The position numbers were made by a program, and so were the translations under genes. From Phycisphaerales bacterium (GTDB lineage: Bacteria > Planctomycetota > Phycisphaerae > WQYP01), in NCBI GenBank assembly GCA_027451365.1, contig DAIDJN010000079.1, positions 1-49,885 on the forward strand: a stretch of DNA of 49,885 nt, given 5' to 3'. Below, in pieces: positions 41,627-49,788 of this stretch (position 1 is the first letter of the stretch; each line of letters starts with the position of its first letter). Under the pieces are notes generated by a model. The model worked only from the letters and a program-made list of their open reading frames with translations. It did not search any database and was not told the DNA's origin.

Positions 41627-42786
41627 TGCCGATCATGGAACAGGGATATCAACATTGGTCCGGTCGTCTTTCGGGCCATTCGTGGCGCTGGCTGGCGATT
41701 ACGCGGCATGGTGTGCGCATTCAGTTGCGTAACCGGTTTTTACGCTACGTGCTGTTTGCTGCCTGGACACCGGCGCTTTTGCTGGTGGGAATGCTGTCAA
41801 TCTGGGGGTTGCTGGAGCGGAAATCCAATCTGGTCGCCACCTTTGTGGAATTCATGCGATTTATGAATCCAAATGTCATCGCAGACCCGCGTTATTACCG
41901 GGTGGAAATCTGGCGACTTTCCTACGGCTATTTCATGCACGTGGAACTTTTCTTTTCCATGATTCTCATTCTGCTGGTTGGGCCGGGACTGATCAGTCAG
42001 GATCTGCGGGTCAATGCGCTGCCTCTTTATTTTTCGCGACCGCTGCGCCGTGTGGATTACTTTCTGGGCAAGCTGGGGGTCATAAGCTTTTTTCTTGGTA
42101 TGGTCACTATTTTGCCGACACTTATCGCCTACCTGTTCGGACTGCTATTTAGTCTGAATCTGCATGTTGCGGTGCAAACGTTTGGTATTCTCGTCGGCAC
42201 GCTGCTTTATGGTTTGATTATCTGCCTGTCCGCAGGCACCCTGATGCTGGCGCTTTCCGCCCTGTCGCGCAATTCGCGCTATGTCGCGTTGTTCTGGCTG
42301 GGACTTTGGTTTGTTAGCAGTGTCATAAGCTCGGTACTCGCGGGAGTGCACCATGAGGAAATCCGCCATGCTTATTTTTATAATCGGCCTCCGGCGCAAA
42401 TCGGCGCTGCGAATCCGCAAGGTGTCGCAACAGAGCCTGGCGATCGCATGGCCTCCGGTCTTCCACAGGATGGAATGGCCAATGCCCGACAATATTGGCG
42501 GAATTTTCAACTTCAGCGGCTGCGTGATTCACAAACGGACTGGCGGCCAATGGTATCCTATACGGCTAATTTATTGCGAATTGGTGCCCATTTGCTCGGC
42601 ACGAATCAGGCTTGGGAAAAGCTGGCAAAACTGGAACCGGATACATGGCGAAGGGAGCGGTTGCTGACCCGGTATGCCGGGCCGCGCTATCCATGGTATT
42701 GGTCAGCCGCGGTATTGGCTGGTCTTTTTGGACTTTCATTATGTGTTCTCAAATGGTCAATACGGTCGCTGGATCGGCTGAAGTAA
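41626..42786 (+). CDS. ABC-2 type transporter permease
   Basis: TGATG coupling to the ATPase gene; multiple TMs; GPGLISQDLRVNALPLYFSRPLRRVDYFLGK motif. Confidence 0.88.
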   Translation: MPIMEQGYQHWSGRLSGHSWRWLAITRHGVRIQLRNRFLRYVLFAAWTPALLLVGMLSIWGLLERKSNLVATFVEFMRFMNPNVIADPRYYRVEIWRLSYGYFMHVELFFSMILILLVGPGLISQDLRVNALPLYFSRPLRRVDYFLGKLGVISFFLGMVTILPTLIAYLFGLLFSLNLHVAVQTFGILVGTLLYGLIICLSAGTLMLALSALSRNSRYVALFWLGLWFVSSVISSVLAGVHHEEIRHAYFYNRPPAQIGAANPQGVATEPGDRMASGLPQDGMANARQYWRNFQLQRLRDSQTDWRPMVSYTANLLRIGAHLLGTNQAWEKLAKLEPDTWRRERLLTRYAGPRYPWYWSAAVLAGLFGLSLCVLKWSIRSLDRLK

Positions 42787-43709
42787 AACCAATCGTCGCC
42801 TTCCATGACGCAAGTAAATGGTATGGCAATGTCATTGGTATCAACAAGCTGACGCTGCGCATCATGCCGGGAATAACCGGCCTGCTTGGCCCCAATGGCG
42901 CTGGAAAGTCCACTCTTTTGCAGATGGCGACCGGCCAGCTTCGCCCGAGTCAGGGAAAAGTCGAAGTGCTTGGACAGCGCGTCTGGAACAATCCGCCGTT
43001 GAATCAGCGAATCGGTCTTTGTCCAGAGCAGGATGCCCTGTACGAATGGATGACCGGAAAAGATTTTGTCGCCACTTGCGCCCGTCTGGCCGGATGGAGT
43101 CGCCCCGATGCGGCGCGCAAGGCCGATGACACACTTGAAGCTGTCGGTATGACACGCCACAAAAGCCGACCTGTCCGCGGATATTCCAAGGGCATGCGCC
43201 AGCGCACCAAATTGGCGCAGGCCCTGGTCAATGATCCGGATGTGCTTTTTCTGGATGAACCGATGACCGGCACCGACCCGGTGGCGAGGCGCGATCTGAT
43301 GGACATTGTTCAACAACTTGCCGCGCAGGGGAAAAGTGTGGTCGTTTCCAGCCATGTGCTGTATGAAGTCCAGGCCCTGACGCCCAATATTATTCTGCTT
43401 AACCGTGGCCGCCTGCTGGCCCAGGGCCATATCCGCCAGATTCGTGACCTTATGGATCAGCATCCGCATCATATTGTGCTGGTTTCCAATAATTGCCGGG
43501 CGCTGGCGGCGGAACTTTTTACCCATCCAGACGTGGACGGCATCCGACTTATCCCCAAGGATTCATCCCTGGTGGTCGAAACCCGTTTGCCCGACGCGTT
43601 TTACGCCCGCCTGCCGCAACTGGCGGCGCAGGGAGACTGGACCATTGATGAGGTCTATTCACAGGATGACAACCTTGACGCTGTATTCCATTACCTGGTG
43701 AATTCATGA
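42753..43709 (+). CDS. ABC transporter ATP-binding protein
   Basis: GPNGAGKST, YSKGMRQR, VLFLDEP, SSH. Start approximate. Confidence 0.92.
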   Translation: MVNTVAGSAEVKPIVAFHDASKWYGNVIGINKLTLRIMPGITGLLGPNGAGKSTLLQMATGQLRPSQGKVEVLGQRVWNNPPLNQRIGLCPEQDALYEWMTGKDFVATCARLAGWSRPDAARKADDTLEAVGMTRHKSRPVRGYSKGMRQRTKLAQALVNDPDVLFLDEPMTGTDPVARRDLMDIVQQLAAQGKSVVVSSHVLYEVQALTPNIILLNRGRLLAQGHIRQIRDLMDQHPHHIVLVSNNCRALAAELFTHPDVDGIRLIPKDSSLVVETRLPDAFYARLPQLAAQGDWTIDEVYSQDDNLDAVFHYLVNS

Positions 43710-44608
43710 CTTTCCAATCTTCAGAGCCTGTGTCCGCGCATACGGAAATTGCAAGCCCCGCCGCGCGGTACCCTGTTACAAAATTCCGGCCGGCCCTGGC
43801 GTTGTATGCGCTTAGCCTTCGGCAGCATCGGCACGGTAAACGCTGGCTGATCATGCTTGTCCTTATGCTGACACCGGCCCTTATCGCCATTCTATCCCGC
43901 CTGACGGATTCCGGTGTCTCGCCAACAGTGCTGGAATTTAACCTGGCGTTTATGTTCATTCCCCAGGGGCTTCTGCCGCTGCTGGCGCTGGTATACGCGT
44001 CAGGTATTCTGCACGATGAACAGGAAGAGCAAACAATTACATATCTATTAATGCGTCCGCTGGCCAGATGGACGATCTATCTGGCAAAACTTTTGGCCGC
44101 CATCACCGTGGCCATAATTTTGGCGGTGTTTTCAATTCTGGTGACGTATGCGGCCATTTTCGCTGGTACCGCCAGCCATGGCGTCGTTATGCGGTGCCTG
44201 GATGCCTGCCTTATTCACGCTTTGGCGGTTGTTGCGTATTGCTGCCTGTTCGGATTAATGGGTTTGCTGACCCGCCGGGTATTAATCGCCGGTATCATTT
44301 ATATCGCGCTGGTAGAAGGACTTCTGGCCAATATTCCATTTGCCATTCGGCTGATTACAGTCATCTATTACACGCGGTTGATCGCGTACCGCACGCTGCC
44401 TTTTGTGGCAAATACCGGTTATAGGGTCCACGATTTGGCTGCTGACACATGGCAGTTCAATACGCTAGGTGATCCAAAACTGCAAAACTATCCGCATTCC
44501 TGGTTGTGTGTCCTGATCCTTGCAAGTGGGGCGGTGGTTTGCAGTGTCCTGGCCGCATTCATGTGTGCCGGCCGCGAATTTTACGTAAAAACACCAGAAA
44601 AAACCTGA
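43706..44608 (+). CDS. ABC-2 type transporter permease
   Basis: ATGA overlap; TMs; DEQEEQTITYLLMRPLARWTIYLAK motif. Confidence 0.88.
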   Translation: MTFQSSEPVSAHTEIASPAARYPVTKFRPALALYALSLRQHRHGKRWLIMLVLMLTPALIAILSRLTDSGVSPTVLEFNLAFMFIPQGLLPLLALVYASGILHDEQEEQTITYLLMRPLARWTIYLAKLLAAITVAIILAVFSILVTYAAIFAGTASHGVVMRCLDACLIHALAVVAYCCLFGLMGLLTRRVLIAGIIYIALVEGLLANIPFAIRLITVIYYTRLIAYRTLPFVANTGYRVHDLAADTWQFNTLGDPKLQNYPHSWLCVLILASGAVVCSVLAAFMCAGREFYVKTPEKT

Positions 44609-45094
44609 TCCGCCAAACCGGACAACGGCCGAAATCCGGATGCGGCAGGGCCTGCATGTGATTGTATAATGTACATATATTGGCAATTAAAGTAGTAGAC
44701 CGTAGTTCCCGGCACGAAAAGTGGAAAACCCCTGTATTTACGGTGGTGTCCTTTGCCTTTGCCATTCACCCTGACTGTGCCATTTGCATTTTCACTGTCA
44801 TATCCGGTGATGGGTAATGAAATTTCAGTCCATTTGTTTTCCAGGCCTGAGCTTCGATCAGATGAATCGCACTGGCTGGTTTGGAAAGGTGGATAACGGC
44901 GGTATGCGTTGGAATAAATTTACGGAAGTTTAAATCGTGGTCAGAATATTGATACTTGGATGCGTGAAAGACCCGATCCCCGGCCACCGTCGCAATACCA
45001 GCGGCCTCTTAAAGAACAGAGTATCTGCGTATTTCGCACAACCAGACACGGCCTGCTGACGAACCAAAGTGAACGCGGCGTGTCGGGATTGACC

Positions 45095-45282
45095 AAGGAA
45101 GGTCGCCACGCAATGGAATACCAACCACCAAATGGATTGGACTTTTCACGCCGGACCAATGCGGCCACGGTTAATCCGCTCTCCGGCAAAAGCGACAGGA
45201 CATGATGCCAAAATGCGCGACGATTTTCATTGGATAACCCTTCCCGCTGTTTTGCTTTTGACTCCGTGAAATTGCTCAACAA
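45095..45282 (-). pseudogene. Probable IS66-family TnpA (HTH accessory protein) remnant
   Basis: RRAFWHHVLSLLPESGLTVAALVRRE...AWRPSL resembles the TnpA pattern W...SGL(S/T)...(F/Y)CRRE...WR..L. No TnpB/TnpC or terminal repeats seen. Confidence 0.45.
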
Positions 45283-45384
45283 TCACAGACTCAGAATATT
45301 CGCCACCAGAAAAATCCCGCCAGATGGGATTCGCGGGACGTTTGCGCGATACGTGGTGACGACCCATCAACGAAATATTTCCCC

Positions 45385-46074
45385 ATGTCGGTACCATCGG
45401 TTAAACTTTTGTGCATGTCAGCGGCTGAAGAAAAAATAATACTTTCCCGGATCAGGGCGGGCCTTGCCTGGCTGACGCCGCTGCTTTTTATTTTAGCGGC
45501 TTTGGTCGCCCTGGCTTCTGGCCTGGCTGGTCTGTCCAGCGCGTCGGCGAAAACGCTCGGCGTCCCGCAAAACCGTGCCTGGGGAAATTCCGCAGGAATG
45601 CTCCAATCACGTCCGGTTCAGACGCCGCAAAGCCTTGAATTGCAACGGGAAAACTCCATTGGCCGGTACGATTTGGCGCTGGATGATACTCTTGCCGCAG
45701 AGAGTACAGCAGTTCGAACGAACGCGGACTTGGTACAGGAAATCGGCACGCGTGCTGACGCTTGGGCTACGCGGCAGGGCCTGACCGGCACACCCCAACA
45801 GCTCGGGACGTGGGAGCATACTTACGCCAGAGACCTCCTGGAACGATACCAAAGCCTGTTTGGCGACCGAGGGTTGGTGACTGAGCGTTCGTGGCTTGGT
45901 AAGAATCCCGCTGCCTACGGAACCCCCGCTAGCGTTCGATTGGACGTTTTCGAGCCTAACACAGGCACCGTATGGGACTACAAGTTTGGCGTAACGTCGA
46001 TGAGCGCAGCACAACGGGCGCGAATCATGGCGAATGTACCCGGCGTGACTTCAATCACGGAGGTGCGCCCATGA
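45385..46074 (+). CDS. Short polymorphic toxin A: shared signal-peptide-like leader + C-terminal PD-(D/E)xK (restriction endonuclease-like) toxin domain
   Basis: Leader LTPLLFILAALVALASGLAGLSSASA|KT...QNRAW...RYDLALDDTLAAES; C-terminal GTWEH...TERSW.G...YGTPASVRLDV......VWDYKFG...Q, a pattern seen in Rhs-type toxin tips. Start is 45385 or 45415. Confidence 0.72.
   Translation: MSVPSVKLLCMSAAEEKIILSRIRAGLAWLTPLLFILAALVALASGLAGLSSASAKTLGVPQNRAWGNSAGMLQSRPVQTPQSLELQRENSIGRYDLALDDTLAAESTAVRTNADLVQEIGTRADAWATRQGLTGTPQQLGTWEHTYARDLLERYQSLFGDRGLVTERSWLGKNPAAYGTPASVRLDVFEPNTGTVWDYKFGVTSMSAAQRARIMANVPGVTSITEVRP
45470..45589 (+). repeat. Toxin-leader repeat, copy 1 (120 bp; 107/120 identical to 48047-48166)
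   Basis: Manual ungapped alignment from GGCTGACGCCGCTGCTTTTT to CCGTGCCTGGG.AAATT gives 13 mismatches. Confidence 0.95.
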
Positions 46075-46775
46075 AGAATGCCGTTGTTCTCACAAAATCG
46101 AACGAGAAGCGGATCACGGATGACTGGCAGCAGCAGATTCCGAGCCTTGGCGACTACCGGCCGAGGCGTCTGCTCAGGCGAGTTGGGCCGCTATTGGTTG
46201 GCGTCTGCCTGGAGCGCGATTCGAGCGGCAATAAGTACAAACCGACTTTCCATGTGCACTGCCTGGCGAAGGACGCTCCGGCCGTATTTCTTACCCTTCT
46301 GACGCAGCTTCGTTCGGAACATTCCGGCGGTCCTGATTTTATTCAAGTGCGATTTCACGAAGAGAGATACAAGGAAGCTGCCGCGCGGATGATCCACCAG
46401 TCGCTATTGTCACTTTCAGGCGACCTTCGACTGGAGCAGGTGATGGATGCTTACCGTCACTATATGGCTACGCCGATGGGCAAGCTGCAGGCAACGACCC
46501 TTTACCGCGACATGATTCTTTTATCGGCCTGGGCGGGTGATCAAGCCGGTGCGCTTAAGTTGTTGGATGCATGCCTTCACATCCGTAGTGACACTGAGTT
46601 CCAGCACCTAGGCGGCCGCGCTGCGTTTGGAGCCGAATGCCAGAAATTGATCGAGCACCCGGATTTGGTCCAACAGATGGTGGATTCACAGATTGCGGCC
46701 TTGGGCGTCGAAAATTTGCCGACAGCTAATCTTATCTGGAAGAATTCCGATACTGGCGGGCTCATGGCAAGGTAA
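46071..46775 (+). CDS. Putative cognate immunity protein for toxin A
   Basis: ATGA overlap with the toxin stop; GGAGG RBS at about 46059; 234-aa cytoplasmic protein; classic toxin-immunity gene order. Confidence 0.68.
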   Translation: MKNAVVLTKSNEKRITDDWQQQIPSLGDYRPRRLLRRVGPLLVGVCLERDSSGNKYKPTFHVHCLAKDAPAVFLTLLTQLRSEHSGGPDFIQVRFHEERYKEAAARMIHQSLLSLSGDLRLEQVMDAYRHYMATPMGKLQATTLYRDMILLSAWAGDQAGALKLLDACLHIRSDTEFQHLGGRAAFGAECQKLIEHPDLVQQMVDSQIAALGVENLPTANLIWKNSDTGGLMAR

Positions 46776-46818
46776 ATAGAGTTGGCATCCCGTTTTTTTG
46801 TATCCGCTTGTTTCACCC

Positions 46819-46905
46819 TTACTTCGGTGGCATCCTGTCATTCCCAGGCTCACGCAATGCGTACGCTGCGATCCGGGGCATGTTCGCATCAATAAGAAAA
46901 CGCAT
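46819..46905 (-). pseudogene. Truncated DUF5615 (PIN-like/Mut7-C-type) toxin N-terminus
   Basis: Own translation: MRFLIDANMPRIAAYALREPGND then a stop after 28 aa, matching the MRFLxDxNxP...LR..G.D start of DUF5615 proteins; GAGG RBS upstream. Confidence 0.55.
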
Positions 46906-47319
46906 CGGGCCTCGTCGTAAAATGTGTCACACGGGTAACGGGTGAAACTGTTCTTGTTCAACAAGCTTGCCGATGCTGCGATATCACCGATCCCAGTCTT
47001 CATGGCGCGATGACCCTTTGTCATTGCGGCCAATCGCATGGTAAAATGTCCGCCAATGAATGGCATTGAAGAAAAAGTCCGTTCCAGGTTGTCTGACCAC
47101 GGATATGCGATGTTGGAGGCCGTAATGGTAACGTGGCGGATCGTGGTGGCTGGCATGCTGGCTGCGTCCGTTGGTGGCTTGGCGGGTGTCGCCAGGGCGA
47201 GGCCACATCCGGTCCGCCCCCGGCCGGAATAGAGTCGCGTAAAGTGTCACGCACCGGTTCGATAGTTCGGGCAGGGCGTGGCCACCGGGGTTGCCATGGA
47301 TGTGGTAGAATAACTTTGT

Positions 47320-47793
47320 ATGAAGAGATCGGTTTACATTGAGACTACGATCCCGAGCTTTTACTATGAAGTTCGATCCGAGCCGGAGATGATCGCCCGG
47401 CGGGAAAGCACTCGGCGGTGGTGGCGCAAAGAGCGCCCGCGCTACAGTTTGCACAGTTCGGCATTCGTAATCGGTGAGTTGCAGGAAGGCCAGTACCCGG
47501 CGCGATCCGAAGCCTTGGCCATGGCCGAGTCCCTGAGCCTTCTTGAAATCGTCCCGGCGATCGAGGAGATCGTGTCTGTTTATTTACGGCGGAAACTCAT
47601 GCCGCTGGGGGATGCGTATCACTTGGCCATAGCGTCCTATTACGGAATGCACTTCGTGCTGACATGGAACTGCCGGCACCTGGCCAATGCCAATAAAGTC
47701 CGGCATTTGCAACTTGTCAACACCGAACTTGGTCTGGCGGCACCAATTGTGACAACACCGGACCTTTTGCTTACGGAGACTGACCATGACTGA
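47320..47793 (+). CDS. PIN-domain (VapC-like) toxin
   Basis: SVYIETTIPSFYY, SAFVIGEL, DAYHLAIAS, FVLTWNCRHLANANK, PIVTTPDLL. Confidence 0.88.
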   Translation: MKRSVYIETTIPSFYYEVRSEPEMIARRESTRRWWRKERPRYSLHSSAFVIGELQEGQYPARSEALAMAESLSLLEIVPAIEEIVSVYLRRKLMPLGDAYHLAIASYYGMHFVLTWNCRHLANANKVRHLQLVNTELGLAAPIVTTPDLLLTETDHD

Positions 47794-47962
47794 ATCCGAA
47801 GATGACGTGGTGGTGGAACGGGTTCGCGCCTCGCGGCGGCGGATCGTTAAACGCTGCGGGGGGGACAAGCATCGGATGTTTCGCTGGGCGAAACGGTTGG
47901 AAGCGGCGCATAAAGCCCGCGTGATCGGGTTTGAAACCTCCGGCGGCAGTCGTGGTGAATAA
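47786..47962 (+). CDS. Small putative antitoxin downstream of the PIN toxin (58 aa; not in ORF track)
   Basis: Own translation: MTESEDDVVVERVRASRRRIVKRCGGDKHRMFRWAKRLEAAHKARVIGFETSGGSRGE*. GGAG RBS; overlaps the PIN gene end; D.VVE.VR..R..I...CG.D pattern seen in partners of this PIN subfamily. Confidence 0.7.
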   Translation: MTESEDDVVVERVRASRRRIVKRCGGDKHRMFRWAKRLEAAHKARVIGFETSGGSRGE

Positions 47963-48000
47963 GCCACTGAAGATGCGGTTGGGAAAGCAGGATTTCAGCT

Positions 48001-48801
48001 ATGCATGGCACCGAACATCGGACTTTTTCTTTACGCCTTATCGCCGGGCTGACGCCGCTGCTTTTTCTTTTAGCCGCTTTAATCGCCCTGGCTTCTGGCC
48101 TGGTTGGTCCGTCCAGCGCGTCGGCCAAAACGCCTTGCACCCCGCAAAACCGTGCCTGGGAAAATTGCGGCAGTGCCGCCCGGCAAAAACTCCGCAACAC
48201 AGTTCGCCCGGCCCAACAGGAACACCTGACGTTAATTGGCCAAATACAGTGGCAGGCGACCACCAAAACCCATAAAACCTCCGGCTCCGCCGGTGGTGCA
48301 ACGGCAATACCCGCGCCTCACGCCGGAATTCCAAGCACGTTCCAGCAGTTGGTCATCTACCCCATCCACCCTACCGTCAGCCATTTTGGCCGCGACCCAC
48401 CGGTACGATTCCGGCGGACCATCCGATACGACCGCAGCGCCCGGTACGGCGTCGCCGTCAGTGTTTTCGTTGCCGCAGAGAGTGCAGGGACGTTGCGCGA
48501 AGGGTCATTCTCGATAGGGGATTGGTCTGGATATCCTCAGGGCGCTCCTCAGCCACAAGGGCCATTCAGGCTTCTTGAGGGGGAGGAGTTTGAAACAGCC
48601 AGAGATACGGCCAATGCTGCCAACAAGGCTATCCATGACGCCGACCCCTCGCTGGCCGGACAACACATACACGAGGTTCAGCCGGTGAAGTTTGGCGGCA
48701 GCCCAACCGATCCTGCCAACAAAATCCCGCTATCGCCACAGGCTCATCAGCCGTTTACGAATTGGTGGAACGCCCTAATGAGGAACATCAGAGGTGGTTG
48801 A
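48001..48801 (+). CDS. Short polymorphic toxin B: shared leader + C-terminal HNH-like nuclease toxin domain
   Basis: Leader LTPLLFLLAALIALASGLVGPSSASA|KT...QNRAW...RYGVAVSVFVAAES; toxin GSFSIGDWSGYP...GPFRLLEGEE...HIHEVQPVKFGGSPTDPANKIPL...H...WW (H-N-H-type pattern); followed by SMI1/KNR4. Confidence 0.78.
   Translation: MHGTEHRTFSLRLIAGLTPLLFLLAALIALASGLVGPSSASAKTPCTPQNRAWENCGSAARQKLRNTVRPAQQEHLTLIGQIQWQATTKTHKTSGSAGGATAIPAPHAGIPSTFQQLVIYPIHPTVSHFGRDPPVRFRRTIRYDRSARYGVAVSVFVAAESAGTLREGSFSIGDWSGYPQGAPQPQGPFRLLEGEEFETARDTANAANKAIHDADPSLAGQHIHEVQPVKFGGSPTDPANKIPLSPQAHQPFTNWWNALMRNIRGG
48047..48166 (+). repeat. Toxin-leader repeat, copy 2
   Basis: See 45470-45589. Confidence 0.95.
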
Positions 48802-49198
48802 TATGCGCCGATTTTTAGACCGTTTGAACCGTCGCCCCGGCGCGACCGACGCCGCGATCGCCGAGACCGAGAAGCAATTGGACGCGAAGCTTCCGACGGA
48901 GTACGTGGAGTTCCTGAATCTCACTAACGGGGGCGAGGGCTTCATTGGCAAGGAGTACATGATCCTCTGGAGTATCGAAGAATTGGTCTCGATGAATCGG
49001 TCGTACGAAGTTCAGAAGTATGTGCCGGGGATTTTGATCTTTGGATCGAACGGCGGCGGCGAAGCCTACGGATTCGACACCCGAACCCCGCAATGGCCGA
49101 TTGTCCAAGTACCTTTTGTGGGGATGGAGTGGCGCTATGCGAGGCCAATAGGTGAGTCGTATAGCGCGTTCTTGGGACGCCTGCATGAGACTGAGTAA
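48794..49198 (+). CDS. SMI1/KNR4 (SUKH superfamily) immunity protein
   Basis: PGATDAAIAETEKQLDAKLPTEYVEFLNLTNGGEG...LWSIEEL...IFGSNGGGEAYGFD; overlaps the end of toxin B. Confidence 0.9.
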   Translation: MVDMRRFLDRLNRRPGATDAAIAETEKQLDAKLPTEYVEFLNLTNGGEGFIGKEYMILWSIEELVSMNRSYEVQKYVPGILIFGSNGGGEAYGFDTRTPQWPIVQVPFVGMEWRYARPIGESYSAFLGRLHETE

Positions 49199-49438
49199 AT
49201 GAACGAATCAAATCGACAACGACGGCTGGCTGCCCCAGGTTATGAGGGAAAGGAGATATTCGAGATCACGCCGGTGATGCTCGGCGGTAGTCCGACCGAC
49301 CCTGCGAACAAGACGCTGTTGAGCAGGGAGGACCACATCAAAGCCGTGGTTTACTGGAACAAGATTATTGCGGACCTCCGCGCAACCGGAAGCAAACCCG
49401 GGCTCATGGCATCCATGAAGAGAAGTCAAGTGTGGTGA
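49199..49438 (+). CDS. Small protein homologous to the C-terminal half of toxin B, lacking the first putative catalytic His
   Basis: KEIFEITPVMLGGSPTDPANKTLLSREDH...YWN aligns with toxin QHIHEVQPVKFGGSPTDPANKIPLSPQAH...WWN. ATG immediately follows the SMI1 TAA. Confidence 0.75.
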   Translation: MNESNRQRRLAAPGYEGKEIFEITPVMLGGSPTDPANKTLLSREDHIKAVVYWNKIIADLRATGSKPGLMASMKRSQVW

Positions 49439-49788
49439 CAATATTTTTTTTGTGGCCGCATCGGCGGCCATTGTCTCAAATTGAATCAAAGCCCGGGGCA
49501 AGGGCCTGCGGCGGCGGCGAGGAATATGGACGATCACGGGGTATGCCAAGCATCCATTCGGCGTCAATCCGGGTTTGCCGGGATCGCGTCACTTCTTTTA
49601 TTTCGAGGCCGGCCCCATTCAGGATGGCGAGGTCGATCAAGTCGCCTCACGCCTTGCCAGGGGCCCAAGGACTTTTTGTGGGTTCTTCTGGGTTCCACGC
49701 GGCTGCCGTCCCGACACGTCGGGATTGCGCATTGACGCACAATTGGTCAGTGGTGAGGCTTTTCTTTTTAGCCGCCCGTTGTCCGGAA

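Noticed and set aside
46984..47290. Possible third, inverted leader remnant (CGGACTTTTTCTT shared between the minus strand near 47070-47082 and 48019-48031)
   Set aside because: Only a 13-nt T-rich match with no extension into the leader; could be chance.
45470..48166. The 120-bp repeat as a MITE/IS end or CRISPR repeat
   Set aside because: Only two direct copies, no terminal inverted repeats or target duplication, ungapped and in frame within ORFs; no regular spacers or cas genes.
49480..49780. Short ORFs and a CTTTTCTTTTTAGCCGC stretch resembling part of the leader repeat
   Set aside because: Low-complexity match and no coherent reading frame or family signal.
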